Shown piece after piece: positions 1 through 12,198 of a stretch of DNA of 64,000 bases (the stretch's first letter is position 1; the number at the start of each line of letters is the position of its first letter). Source of the stretch: Octopus sinensis. Lineage: Eukaryota. The stretch lies in the NCBI RefSeq assembly GCF_006345805.1, contig NC_042999.1:59148001-59212000 (forward strand). The letters run 5' to 3'. Position numbers and translations under genes: made by a program. The notes under the pieces are model-generated. The model did no database searches. It worked only from the letters and a program-made list of their open reading frames with translations, and was not told the origin of the DNA.

Positions 1-235
1 GGTTAGGATGTCAGCATCATGATCGTAAGATTGTCGTTTCCATTCCTGGACCGGGCGACGCGTTGTGTTCTTGAGCAAAACACTTCATTTCACGTTGCTC
101 CAGTCCACTCAGCTGGCAAAAATGAATAAAGTTGCCATGGACTGGCGTCCCGTCCAGCTGAGGAACACATACACCATTAAAACCGGGAAACCGGGCCCGT
201 GAGCCTGGCTAGGCTTTAACAGGGCGCATTTATTA
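1..235 (+). mobile_element. tRNA-derived SINE ('family D', head cut by window edge)
   Basis: Close match to the copy at 15961-16215 (ttgagcaaaacacttcatttcacgttgctccagtccactcagctggcaaaaatg ... gggcgcatttatt). Confidence 0.8.
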
Positions 236-1690
236 TTTATTATTATATCTGTGTGCATCTGTCCGTGTGTCTGTGTGTTGCAACATATATTAAATACCGT
301 GCAAAAAATATTTTATTTATTGAAATCATTTCTCCTTCAAAAAAAAAAAAAGAAAAACGTCTTTTGGTAATTGACACCAATTACAAAGAAGGCGGTAAGA
401 GTGTATCAAAATTATCTCTAAAATCGACTTGTCATTACGAAAAATGCAGTTTTTATATCTGGCGACAAGAGGATATACTTGATCCTGCCTCATTTTGCTT
501 TATCAGCACAGCAGTTAAACTACCTTATTTCAGCAGAAGAGACGCTTAGATTTATACAAAAGGCAAGGACAAAAAAAAAAAAGAACCCAATACATTTGTA
601 TTATTTAAACGGAAATGAGTTAAGAGCCAGCCATAAGGTGGCTTATATTTGAACAACGAGAATTTAAAATCATCTGGCAGGAACTGGAACCAACACAAAA
701 TGGGAGGCGGTGATAATCTCAAGGATAGTCCGAAGGACTCTCAAGTCTATCCCTGTGTCAGTGAGCGTCACCCGCTCAGTAGCTATCGTATTTAGTCACT
801 AGGAGAGGAGATATTCTTCGCTACTCTAAGCTCAAGGCCCGAAATATTTTGAGAGGGTGCCAGTCGATTTGATTGACACCAGCAGGAGATGAGATATGTA
901 GAAAAACATGTGAATCAATCAAACATGGTATACAATAATATTTATCTACATATCACCATTAAATAACTTCAATATTTTGACATAAGTTCTAGGTATATTA
1001 TTAAGATATTCCCAAGAAAACCTTAAATCGTAACAAACATTAAAATATATCGGATATATCCTATAGTAGTGACGCAACAACCTAGAATTTATGCAACTGT
1101 AGTAAAAAAAAAATATCAGTATAGATGGGAAGAACTATATTGCTGAGCATTGACTCAATAAGCGTAACACAATTGAAGACTTCCGAAACATGATTAATAA
1201 TGGCGAACTTTCTCGGATGATTTTTAATATCGTCCGCACATCTCTAACACAAAAACGGCATCCCAAAGGCTAGGCTTTCTCTTTGGAATGAAAAAAAATA
1301 TTTCGGATAATGTTTTATCCTACTTAATCTAAGTAAATGTCGAAATGTATTAAGTAGGATTGCAATATCTATCTCGACTTGATTCCTATCAGTAATATTG
1401 GCTTTTGTAGTAATCATAACTTCTGATCCGAATAGATTATTGTTATCGACTCAGTTCTCAAAAATCCCAGGACAACTGTATGTTTTAAGAACATTTCAAA
1501 TATTGTTAAAAAAAACGACAACAGATTAATGATTTTATTTACTTAGAGCACCTGTGTGCCTTGTTGAATAATATTCGCTGTCATCTCTATTTGAAATGTT
1601 TTTGAAAATATATGAGAAAATATACATGCGACATTAGATGAAAGGAACAAAATAGAATTGGAAAATACGGCCAGAATAAAATACGGCGAC

Positions 1691-1778
1691 AAAGAATAAG
1701 TTCTGGGGTCGATTTGTCCGACTAAAGGTGGTGCTCCAGCATGGCCGCAGTCAAATGACTGAAACAAGTAAAAGAAGA
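1691..1778 (+). mobile_element. SINE 'family A' 3' fragment
   Basis: Matches the 3' end of the complete copy at 56707-57115 (ggtgctccagcatggccgcagtcaaatgactgaaacaagtaaaag). Confidence 0.8.
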
Positions 1779-1807
1779 TATATATATATATATGTATACA
1801 TATTTTT

Positions 1808-2010
1808 TTCTTTATTGCCCACAAGAGGAGACAAACAAAGGGATTAAGTCGATTACAGCGACGCCAATGCGTAACTGGTACTTTATTTATCGACCCCGAA
1901 AGGATGAAAGGCAAAGTCGACCTCGGCGGAATTTGAACTCAGAACGTAACGGTAGACCAAATACGGCTACGCATTTCGCCCGACGTGCTAACGATTCTGC
2001 CGGCTTGCCT
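1808..2010 (-). mobile_element. tRNA-derived SINE 'family B'
   Basis: Reverse complement of the unit at 6018-6250, with a B-box-like gagttcaaattcc. Confidence 0.8.
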
Positions 2011-4075
2011 ATATATATATATAGGCGCAGGAAAGACTCTTTGGTAAGAAGTCTGCTTCCAGTCTACATGGTTTCAATTTCAGTTCCAATACGTGGTAGG
2101 TTAGACCATAGTGAGTAGGTTTGCAAACACACACACACACACACACACACATACACACAGAATATAATGTATGCATGGTTGTATGTATATATACATACAA
2201 CGTGTTTCAGAGAAGAAATGGGTGCAGAACTTTTTTCCATGCTGATCTCGGTATCTGAAAAGTTTTCTTGGTGAAGGATTAGAACTGCACACTTTGGCAT
2301 TTAATTTAATGATCTTTATTCCATATAACAGTGCCACAGTGTAAAAAAAACGTCTCTGTCTAATTCTGTTTGACTTTATATTCTTAAAAATAAGCAAGTT
2401 TATCTTATAAAAATCTTCGAAGTTTGCTCGACATATTGTGATTACATTAAATGTGTTTTTGCGTTTTGTCTCGGATTTCATAAAAAAGTTCGTTTCAGAC
2501 AGAAATATTCCTGCAACGAAGTTCCTTTGAGAACATTATCTCAGCAGCTCTCTGAAGGATCAGTTGAATTGAAGTCTCCTTGATATTCGGATGCAGAAAC
2601 GCAAAATCTAATTCACCAGTGTGTTTAATATACTCATGTCAATGACACACTTCAGAAAAGATGACGATGGCTCAACTTCACGTATATGATGCAAGGGACA
2701 TAATCTATCTCGTGCATTGTATTTCATCAGCGTAGCTCAAACAAAACACAATATCCAGCATTAGCCTTAATAAGTGACTTAGTCAAGTGCATATGTAAGG
2801 TTTTGTGAATTTATCGTATTCGATTCCTATCATTTAAATGCTTGACGTAATTTAATTTTTTTTTTTTTTTGTCGAGTGGCGAGGTAATGTCCATGATTTC
2901 GTAACACGTCCTCTGACACTTGTGGGAGGTACAAATCCTCAAATTAGAAATCTGATTCGAAAGTTTGCTTCCAACAGATTGCATTCTGCCAAAGGAATCC
3001 TGACGTCAGGCACTCGCTTAAAGCCAGGCGTTGCAATAAATATAACCGCCCCAAAAGGCCCATAGCTGGATTTTAAAATTCGAACGAATGAGCCAAATCA
3101 AATAAAACATCTCATCTCATTCAGTGTTTTACAATTCTGCTGATCCACAATTTTCGATAGGTATTTTCTTTTTTAATTAACCTCGAAAGAATAAAATAAC
3201 AAAGTTGATTTCGGTGTGATTTCAGCTCAGAACGCAAAGAAAATCGGAAATAATACTTCGAAACATTCTAATGACGCTATAACGACTTATCCATGTCGCT
3301 GTCTATCTCTATGGATTTTATTAAAATTTTTCCTTGATTATGTAAAACTGCGTGAAGATTCAGAAATTAGATAATTTTATACTGAATAGTTCCAAGGGAG
3401 AATATATTTTGAAATTACGTAAATATATATAATTTGTTTAAACTCGTAAAAATTGTTCAACAAGCAATCCACTTGTCATACGCTTACAATATATCAAATT
3501 AAGGCACGAATGGTATTTATGTTCGGAAGCTACGTTAAATTACCCATAATTTGATATGTAATATACAGTGATTCATTCGTAATTAGATACATAAACAAGG
3601 AAATTTCAAAGTGTCGTACAGCTATAAATTTTAGGAAAGGAGAAAACTCAGGAATTCCCGCTACACACACACACAATTTTATTATATATTTTAAGAGCTG
3701 AATTTCGTCGTGAGAGAGATACTAGAATTCTACGACAGAAGGCAATTATTTGTGGTCTATTGAAATATTAATCATTTCAATAATTTTCCAAAGTGTTAAA
3801 CTACCATCAAAAGTACATACTTCTAGAATACGAGTGGAGAATCCTTTGAGTATAAAGGAAATAATTATTTTGTGTTAGAGTATTTGTTACAAGTAGATAG
3901 GAATTAAGAGGTGTCCTTCAATATTCCTTGTCTCTCTTGTTCTCTACTATGTGTCGTGCTTGCACATTGGTGGATGTGTATCATGTAAATGTACCGAGAA
4001 AGAAAATACGAACATCAGCATGAACATTTATCTCGAGACAGTTATTCGTGTCGATATTTAGAATACTTCACTTGC

Positions 4076-4221
4076 CTATACAGGAAGTCTGTTCCACAGA
4101 TATTAAAACAAGTATTATCATGACATTGTCTGGAAGCTCTCATAGAGACAATATCTTCTACATTATCTCTCAAGAATAGATAAATTGACACACCAGGAAT
4201 TTTTCTATGTTCTATATCCAT
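4076..4221 (-). CDS. Candidate internal exon (phase 0->2) of an unrecognised minus-strand gene: MDIEHRKIPGVSIYLFLRDNVEDIVSMRASRQCHDNTCFNICGTDFLY(R)
   Basis: Long polypyrimidine acceptor (ttttgctttctttgttgtttatttgtctaag), open frame and a consensus GC-type donor AG|gcaagt. Confidence 0.5.
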
Positions 4222-4451
4222 CTTAGACAAATAAACAACAAAGAAAGCAAAACGTTAATCCGTCCATACATTAAATATCGTATGATGTTACTCAGAATTT
4301 GATAAACAACAATAACCAATAGCCAAAATGAAAGCATCAGTAAAATCTTGAACATCTTACAAGTTGGGATTGAACACCCTAATTCTCAATTCTGCGTATT
4401 CTAACATTCAAGCACAAAACTACAGAAGGGAACGAGTGTATGACAGGAAAT

Positions 4452-4775
4452 AAAAGATAATGGCATTCCGTCGGTTGCGACGACGAGGGTTCCACTTGAT
4501 CCAGTCAACGGAACAATTTGCTCGAGAAATTAACGTGCAAATGACTGGGCACTCCACAGACATGTGTACCCTTAACGGAGTTCGTAGGGAGATTCAACAT
4601 GACACATAGTGTTAAAAGACTGACCTTTTGAAATACAGGTAATACTCGTTTTTGCCAACTGGAGTGAAGCAACGTAAAATAAAGTGTCTAGCTCAATGGC
4701 ATAATGTGCCACCAGGAATCAAATTCACCACCTTACGATTGTGAGTCGAATATCCTAATCGCAAGGCCACGCGCT
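4452..4775 (-). mobile_element. SINE 'family E' (family D-like head, different tail)
   Basis: Minus-strand head resembles family D (tRNA-like part, then acactttattttacgttgct...ccagttggcaaaa) and is followed by an unrelated 3' half. Confidence 0.65.
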
Positions 4776-4857
4776 TTTACTACAGAAGCAAATACCTAAG
4801 ACGGGAAACACTCTGTCGTCGAACTAATTGGTGTGTATTGTTTGTGTTACTTGAAAA

Positions 4858-4917
4858 TTAAATAATAATAATGATAATAATAATGATAATAATAATTATA
4901 ATAATAATAATAATAAT

Positions 4918-4970
<53 letters not shown>

Positions 4971-5001
4971 TGATGATGATGATGATAATCACGACAACAA
5001 A

Positions 5002-5044
<43 letters not shown>

Positions 5045-5218
5045 TAATAATAATAATGATGATGATGATAATGATGATGTTGATGGTGATGATGACGATG
5101 ATAATAATAATCACAACAGCAACAATAATGATAATAGTAATAATAATATAATAATAATAATAATAATAATGATGATGATGAGGAGGAGGAGGAGGATAAT
5201 AATCACAACAATAACAAT

Positions 5219-5261
<43 letters not shown>

Positions 5262-5290
5262 GTAATAATAATAATAATAATAATAATACT
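4858..5290. repeat. Compound (AAT)n/(GAT)n microsatellite
   Basis: Directly visible; three cycles of (AAT)n-(GAT)n-aatcac. Confidence 0.95.
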
Positions 5291-5773
5291 AACGAAAGCG
5301 AATGCAGTCTTACTTGGTCTTGTGAGCATTCCATCATGCCATATTTGAATAGTAATTCTTAAGCAATCCAAGTGCAGGAGATTGCTACAAAAGATCTTTT
5401 GAACAAAGGAGACTGTGGAAGCCCTAAATCTCTCGAGATGTGACCGAAAATATCGATTATCTTACATTGCTTTGGTGGGTGTTATTGCCTTTTACTCTAG
5501 CAATAACTGCTTTAGGGAGTTCACTTCCTTCAATACTCTTCATCACAAGATAATGAATTACAATTTTGTGAAACATCACTGACACGAGGTTGTTGGCACT
5601 CGCAATAACTCAAAGACATATTTGAGTGACAATTCAGGCAGATAACGGTAGAAATATTATTCTTTGTTTGAAGTGCCTTTCCAAGGCAAAGGAAACACGA
5701 ATTCGTACAATAGAAACGCGCTAGTACTAACTCTCATTAGAGTATGCACAAATACATACACACAAACCACACA

Positions 5774-5816
<43 letters not shown>

Positions 5817-6017
5817 ACGCATGCACATCATACACTGAAGCAGACATTTGTAATTGCACGCACACATTTACTTGCATTTTACACTCATACATACAAACGT
5901 ACGTGCAAGCCTTTCATCCTTTCTGCATCGATTTTGCCTTTCATCCGTTCTGGATCAATAATATAAAATACCTAAAATTGCTGGCCTTGTGCCAAACTTT
6001 GAGACTGTTTTTAATTA

Positions 6018-6598
6018 AGGCGGCGAGCTGGCAGAAACCTTATCACGCCGGGCGAAATGCGTAGCCGTATTTCGTCTGCCGTTACGTTCTGAGTTCAAAT
6101 TCCGCCGAGGTCGACTTTGCCTTTCATCATTTCGGGGTCAATTAAATAAGTAACAGTTACGCATTGGGATCGATATAATCGACTTAATCCGTTTGTCTGT
6201 CCTTGTTTGTACTCTCTGTGTTTAGCCCCTTGTGGGTATTAAAGAAATAGGTATTTCGTCTGCCGCTGCGTTCTGAGTTCAAATTCCGCCGAGGTCGGCT
6301 TTGCCTTTCATCCTTTTGGGGTCGATTAAATTAGTACCAGTTACACACTGGGGTCGATGTAATCGACTTAAGCGGTTTGTCTCTCCTTGTTTGTCCTCTC
6401 TGTGTTTAGCCCCTTGTGGGTAGTAAAGAGATATGTATTTCGCCCGTCGCTACGCTCTGAGTTCAAATTCCGCTGGATTCGACTTTGCCTTTCATCCTTT
6501 AGGGGGTTTTGAAATAAGTACCATTTACGCATTGGCTCGACATAATCGACTAGCCCCCTCCCTCACAATTTCAGGTTCTTGTGCCAATAGTAGAAAGG
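6018..6598 (+). mobile_element. Family B SINE head followed by three tandem 184-bp body units
   Basis: gtatttcg restarts at 6067, 6251 and 6435 (period 184); the array is followed by (TAC)n at 6601-6647. Confidence 0.85.
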
Positions 6599-6599
6599 T

Positions 6600-6647
<48 letters not shown>

Positions 6648-7189
6648 TCATCATTATTTCCTTTTTTTCTCAGAACTCCCGATTTCACTTCCTGTGCGTA
6701 ATTCTGTTGGAGTGGACAACAATCTGTTGTCAAAAGCCTCACAGGGTCTTCCAGCTTCTCCAACAAGTTTCCCAGACCTGGTTTTAAAGCTCTCAGTGCC
6801 CCCTACAACTACTGGACTGACACTTACTTCTTTCATTGCCCACATTCGTGCAATTTCATCTGTTAATGGCTTTGTACTTCACAATCTCTTTCAGCAATTC
6901 GTCATCCACTCGTACATCCCCAGGGATAGCTATACCTATGATCTAGTTCTCCTTCATCATTTTGTCAAAAACAACAACGTTGAGCCTCCGAGCATCAATC
7001 ACTGAATCGCACTGTTCTTTTACTCATTACTCTCGGTGACTCCTTCGGATTTATGATTGTACCCTTACAATGTCTATTCAAGTTTGTACTTCTTACACAA
7101 TAACCAATGTACATATATACGTTATCGTACCGCCTTTTGTAAACTTTTTGGTCCATATTTTATACTCACAATATGTGAGACTCTCTCAC

Positions 7190-7545
7190 TTTTACTCTTT
7201 TACTTGTTTCAGTCATTAGACTGCGGTCATGCTGGAACATCACTTTTAGTCGAGCAAATCGACCCCAGGACTTATTCTTTGTAAGCCTAGTACTTATTCT
7301 GCCGAACCGCTATATTACAGGGATGTAAACACACCAGCATCCGTTGTCAAGCACGCTGGACGAAATACTTAGCGGTATTGTGTCCGTCGCTACGTTCTGA
7401 GTTTAAATTCCGTGGAGTTCGACTTTGACTTTAATCCTTTCGGGATCGATTAAATAAGAACCACTTATGCACTGGGTCCGATGTAATCGACTTAATCCCT
7501 TCCTCCAAATTTCAGGCCTCGTGCTTCCTGTAGAAAATATTATTA
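7190..7545. mobile_element. Adjacent family A tail (minus) and family B body (plus)
   Basis: Similarity to other copies in the window. Confidence 0.7.
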
Positions 7546-7987
7546 TTATTATGACGTTTGCCGTTATTAGCGCGTTGGAATGGGAGAATTAGTTGCGTAA
7601 ATAACTTGGCGAGGTGTTAGAGTGGCAATATTTGATAATTGAGGGAAAAAATTTAGCAGGGTTTGTAGTCCTCTTTCAGATGGCAGGTATTACCTTACAA
7701 AGAATTCGACAGCAACAGAATATGTTCAGTTATATAAACATGAACGTTTATTTTAAAGGTAGGAACCGTTCATTTTAACGCAGGAAACGAAAGGAAAGGT
7801 CACGGTTTCGCATTGTAGCGAAACTAGAGGTGGTTATTTAGTCGTAAAGTGTATTTGTAAAGTTAATTGTAAAGTTTAATCATTAAGTGTATTTGTAAAG
7901 TTTAATCGTAAAGATTAATTGCAAAGGTATTCACGGTTCGTCTCAAGTGGCCGTCTCATTTGCATCATAATTATGTTAATTTCATTA

Positions 7988-8104
7988 TCATTTTCTATTC
8001 GTCTTTATGTCCCCGCATGTCAGTTGTATGTCATCTCTGTATTCAGGCCTTGTGTCTATAATAAAAAGAATATGTTCAGATGTTTCTCTTATTATATGGC
8101 ATTT
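7988..8104 (-). CDS. Candidate terminal exon: KCHIIRETSEHILFIIDTRPEYRDDIQLTCGDIKTNRK*
   Basis: Acceptor ccactcttttgcag; 38 open codons in phase 0, matching the upstream donor; 151-nt intron. Confidence 0.45.
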   Translation of the reverse strand, partial: KCHIIRETSEHILFIIDTRPEYRDDIQLTCGDIKTNRK

Positions 8105-8255
8105 CTGCAAAAGAGTGGATTACATCAAAATATGTCTGATATAATCCACTCTTACTCCCTCTAAAATCGTTGCACGGAACATAGTATCCATTTTTCTCTA
8201 TAATCATTGAATAAGATCTTCGGCATTTCTTCCTCAAATAAATTAAATCTCTTAC

Positions 8256-8336
8256 ATATTCTGAGTCCAAATCCGGCTGCGGTGAAATATATTTTTGTTC
8301 CATTCTGAGTCTGAATATTACCGTATAAGTCAAGTA
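8256..8336 (-). CDS. Candidate 81-nt exon: YLTYTVIFRLRMEQKYISPQPDLDSEY (phase 0-0)
   Basis: Acceptor attttattgatctcag, donor gtaaga, length a multiple of 3, open frame. The phase-1 frame is also open. Confidence 0.55.
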
Positions 8337-8472
8337 CTGAGATCAATAAAATCCCTTCACAAACAATTTATGGTCTATCGCCAATGATAATAATAAACCT
8401 CTTCATTACTATCCATTACAAACAGCGGTATTATCATCGTCTTCATCTTTCTCATTAGCTTACTTATTTTAC

Positions 8473-8612
8473 ACTGCACTTAGCAGTTTTCGAATTTTTA
8501 ATGTATTTTGGATAAATTACAATCTGTAATGGAAGATTAATTTCCTTTTCAGCGGCATTTGGCATCCAACAGCGTAATATTTTTTCCCCTTTTCTTTTTG
8601 TTAGATATTTTC
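8473..8612 (-). CDS. Candidate exon: (G)KYLTKRKGEKILRCWMPNAAEKEINLPLQIVIYPKYIKNSKTAKCS; donor uncertain
   Basis: Acceptor atttcaacag and an open frame; three possible phase-0 donors (exon ends 8521, 8473 or 8464). Confidence 0.45.
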
Positions 8613-8852
8613 CTGTTGAAATGCTTATATAATTCCATTTACTTGGCCAAAACAACATCTATTTACTTCACTTAAATATGTAGCTAATTGTATCACACAT
8701 TTAGTGTACTGCTCGCGTGTTTGCATGTCCGCTAGTCTATTTAAACGAATGCATAATAAGTATTTACGTCACTCTAAACACATGTTACTGAAAGTGGAAG
8801 TTTAAGACACACACACACACATACACACACAGACATGCACGCACACACGCAG

Positions 8853-8943
<91 letters not shown>

Positions 8944-9782
8944 CCTGGATTTATATACACATGCGTACATACATAATTACACATACATAAATACCGAAAT
9001 ATAAATACATTTCCATATGTATACGCACGCACAGACACGCACATATACGTGCATATGCTACATTTATACGTATTGTGTACATGTTATACACACACATACA
9101 TTCACACACTCACACGCATTCTCTCTCTCTCTCCTTCTCTCTCGCACAGATATATACTATCACGTCTTTTATATGTATCGTATTACAGTAAACAGTATCT
9201 GTATTAGTTTTTCCTGTAGTTCAGCTTATATCCCTATATCCCTATAATGTCTTTGTAAATAAGCGTTTGACAAATTATATCTATCTGTAACATTTGACCG
9301 ACACAGTAGAACATGTCTAACTACTAAGCAACGTAGAAATTACTGCTATGCTATACTATTATCCATGTCTCACGTTTGATACTCCATACAGGTTGAACCA
9401 ATCCCTAAATGTAATAGTCGCATGGGAGATGTTTTACGTTTGGGTATTCTAGGTGCTGACTTTACTGATGTCAGACGAACATCATCGTCGTACCTTTCGT
9501 AGTGTAACATTTGCTAATCCGCATAATAACTACAAAGTGCGAAGATTCGATATTCTTTTCTAGTTGACCAGTCTTGGTATTCGTTTATGCATTTTGAGGG
9601 TTTCAAACTGAATGTTGTCTTTCGTTGAATTTCAAAGTGATGTGTATGTTATAACACCTTTTTTTTGATATTTTTATCCGACGTCTCCTATGTTGTATGA
9701 ATTTCGGTTCTCGTTCCAAGGAGTCTTATGTTGTCTCTTCAAAATTATCGCATTACTAGTTGATATGTGTGCGTGTCTATAT

Positions 9783-9835
<53 letters not shown>

Positions 9836-9875
9836 GATGTATATATATATTATATATATATATAAGAAATATATA

Positions 9876-9931
<56 letters not shown>

Positions 9932-9989
9932 AATGATAAATCTCAGAGCGAGTTATAAACAGTAGCAGCAACACATCGTGACGTATATT

Positions 9990-10212
9990 TGCCATTTGAA
10001 TATGGCTAACCCCTAAGGGTGGATGCTACTGTAGATTGTAGCCCCAGGAGGACATCTCCTCCAGCTGGCTATAGACACACTTTCTGTGCCCTATCAGTAT
10101 TTGCGAAAGGAAGCCATCCTTCCCGTCTTTAACTTATGATACACACGGACTCGAGTTTCAGGGTATTGACCCGTCATCGGCGTGTGACAATCATAGTTGT
10201 CGATGAGAATAT
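9990..10212 (-). mobile_element. Short repeat carrying a hammerhead motif (Penelope pLTR/retrozyme-like)
   Basis: GC-richer island between microsatellite and SINE that contains the motif at 10142-10186. Repeat status and boundaries are inferred. Confidence 0.4.
10142..10186 (-). ncRNA. Minimal type I hammerhead ribozyme-like motif
   Basis: Minus strand reads CACACG-CCGAUGA-C-GGGU[CAAU]ACCC-U-GAAAC[UCGA]GUC-CGUGUG: 6-bp stem I, 4-bp stem II, palindromic stem III and a GUC site. Deviations are U4C and a C.U pair at 10.1/11.1. Confidence 0.65.
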
Positions 10213-10217
10213 ATATA

Positions 10218-10430
10218 CTCTTTTACTTCTTTTACTTGTCTCAGCCATTTGACTGCGGCCATGTTGGAGCATCGTCTTTAGTCGAGCAAATCAACCACAG
10301 CACTTATTCTCTATAAGCCTAGTACTTATTCTATCGGTCTCTTTTTGTCGAACCGCTATTTTTCGGGGACAGAAACATACCAGCATCGATTGTCAAGCGA
10401 TGTTGGAGGGACAAACACAGACACACAAAC
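10218..10430 (-). mobile_element. SINE family A 3' half
   Basis: Matches 56707-57115. Confidence 0.8.
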
Positions 10431-11338
10431 ATATATACACACACATATACACATTCAAGCGCACACACATACAAACATACACATTCATTTAGAGAAACGA
10501 CTCAATCACACGAAGAACCAAACAAGACCGCATACTGGAGCGCGCGCGCACAGGCACACATGCACATGCAGATAATTTCACACAAAGGCACACACATGCT
10601 CACACATATTTACGCTGTCCTCCCTTGCTATTCCCCCTTCCCACCGAAGGAACTCACGTTACAGCCATAAATCTTTTGCAGATGAGAGACCGAAGTGACC
10701 ATGTATCAAACGCCGAAGGCCGGACCGTTAAAGAAATCACAGATAGTTAGTACACACACAGCCACAAACACACATACAAGCTGTCACACGGGTGTGCATA
10801 CGCAACCACACATGCAAGAAACAAACACATATATTAATGTTCCCCTTTAAAACCCATGGATATTGCAAAGCATATTTGAAATATGCTGAGTGGAGAATGC
10901 AGCAAAAAAAGCATGCGATTTGGAGAAACGTACGTACCAATGCATTAAAGGATTTATGAATTGCCATCCAAAAGTTCTCGTTATTCCTACATCCATCCTA
11001 CACTATAGCGGCACCAGACTAATAACTTCCCGGAAAGATGTAAATAATAAGCGGCCGCCAGAATAAATGAAGATATTTCCTCCGTCTGGCTGTTTTTCTA
11101 TCTACAAAACAGAAAGTTACGTTGCGAAACGGTCATTTTAACAAGTTGTATTTATTTAATTATCATCCGACAAGAAACATCTGCTGTACCGGATGCTCCT
11201 GAACCAGTTGTTGAGGATCCCACCCAAGAGGAATCGATGCTAGATATGTCGAAACAATTATCGTGATTAATCATAAATTTTATATATTCCATCTCCTGCC
11301 TTTCATTTGTTTATTTATATATATATATTATATATATA

Positions 11339-11381
<43 letters not shown>

Positions 11382-11393
11382 ATATCCGAATAT

Positions 11394-12007
11394 TTATAAT
11401 TAGGGTTTAGCTAATTGCTTCACCACATACCGAATTTAGAAATAGTGTTAAAATTCCTATTCTGTTACTATAAGAATTTCCATGACGGCAACATACATTT
11501 TTATGAAGGCAAAGAGAAAAACAATAAATCAACACGACCAGGATTAACGATATACGCGTTCCGAGATTAAAGTGATTTAAATTTTACTTACTTCTCTCTT
11601 CAGTATAATATTTCCAATTTTTATAAAATTTGAAAGTGCTATAGCTGAATATGCACACAATCGAGCGTCATCATGTCACAGGTATCCAACCAACACTTCC
11701 AACATTTACAGAGCCGAATGTGAATACACTATTTAAACTCTGTACCAAGGTATATTCAACCCTAGCACTTTCAAATTTTATAATTGGAAATACTATACTG
11801 AAGAGAGAAGTAAGAAAAATTTAAATTACTTTACTCTCGAAACGTGTATATAATTAATACTGTTTTCATTCATTGTTTTTCTCTCTGCCTTCGTAAAAAA
11901 AAGTATGTTTACCGTCATGGAGATTTTTATAGTAGCAGAAAAGGAATTTAAATTTCTATTTCGAGATTCGGTATGTGGTGAAGCAATTAGCTGAACCCTA
12001 ATTATAA
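11394..12007. mobile_element. Non-autonomous foldback/MITE-like element with ~255-bp imperfect inverted arms
   Basis: 11394-11652 is the imperfect reverse complement of 11751-12007 (ttataattagggtttagctaattgcttcaccacataccg / cggtatgtggtgaagcaattagctgaaccctaattataa); spacer ~100 bp. Confidence 0.85.
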
Positions 12008-12117
12008 TTATGTGAATAATTTTACCTATAAAGATTTTTAACGTACTGATCTAGTTGGTAAAATTATTAATTAATTAATTATTTTAATTAATACATTTTA
12101 CCCTTCTATTGTTAATA

Positions 12118-12198
<81 letters not shown>

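Noticed and set aside
6018-6598. CRISPR-like regular array
   Set aside because: Eukaryotic DNA; the units are 184-bp SINE bodies with no unique spacers.
7670-7695. 7-nt plus-strand microexon cag|ATGGCAG|gtatta
   Set aside because: Isolated, with no supporting neighbouring exons; expected by chance in 64 kb.
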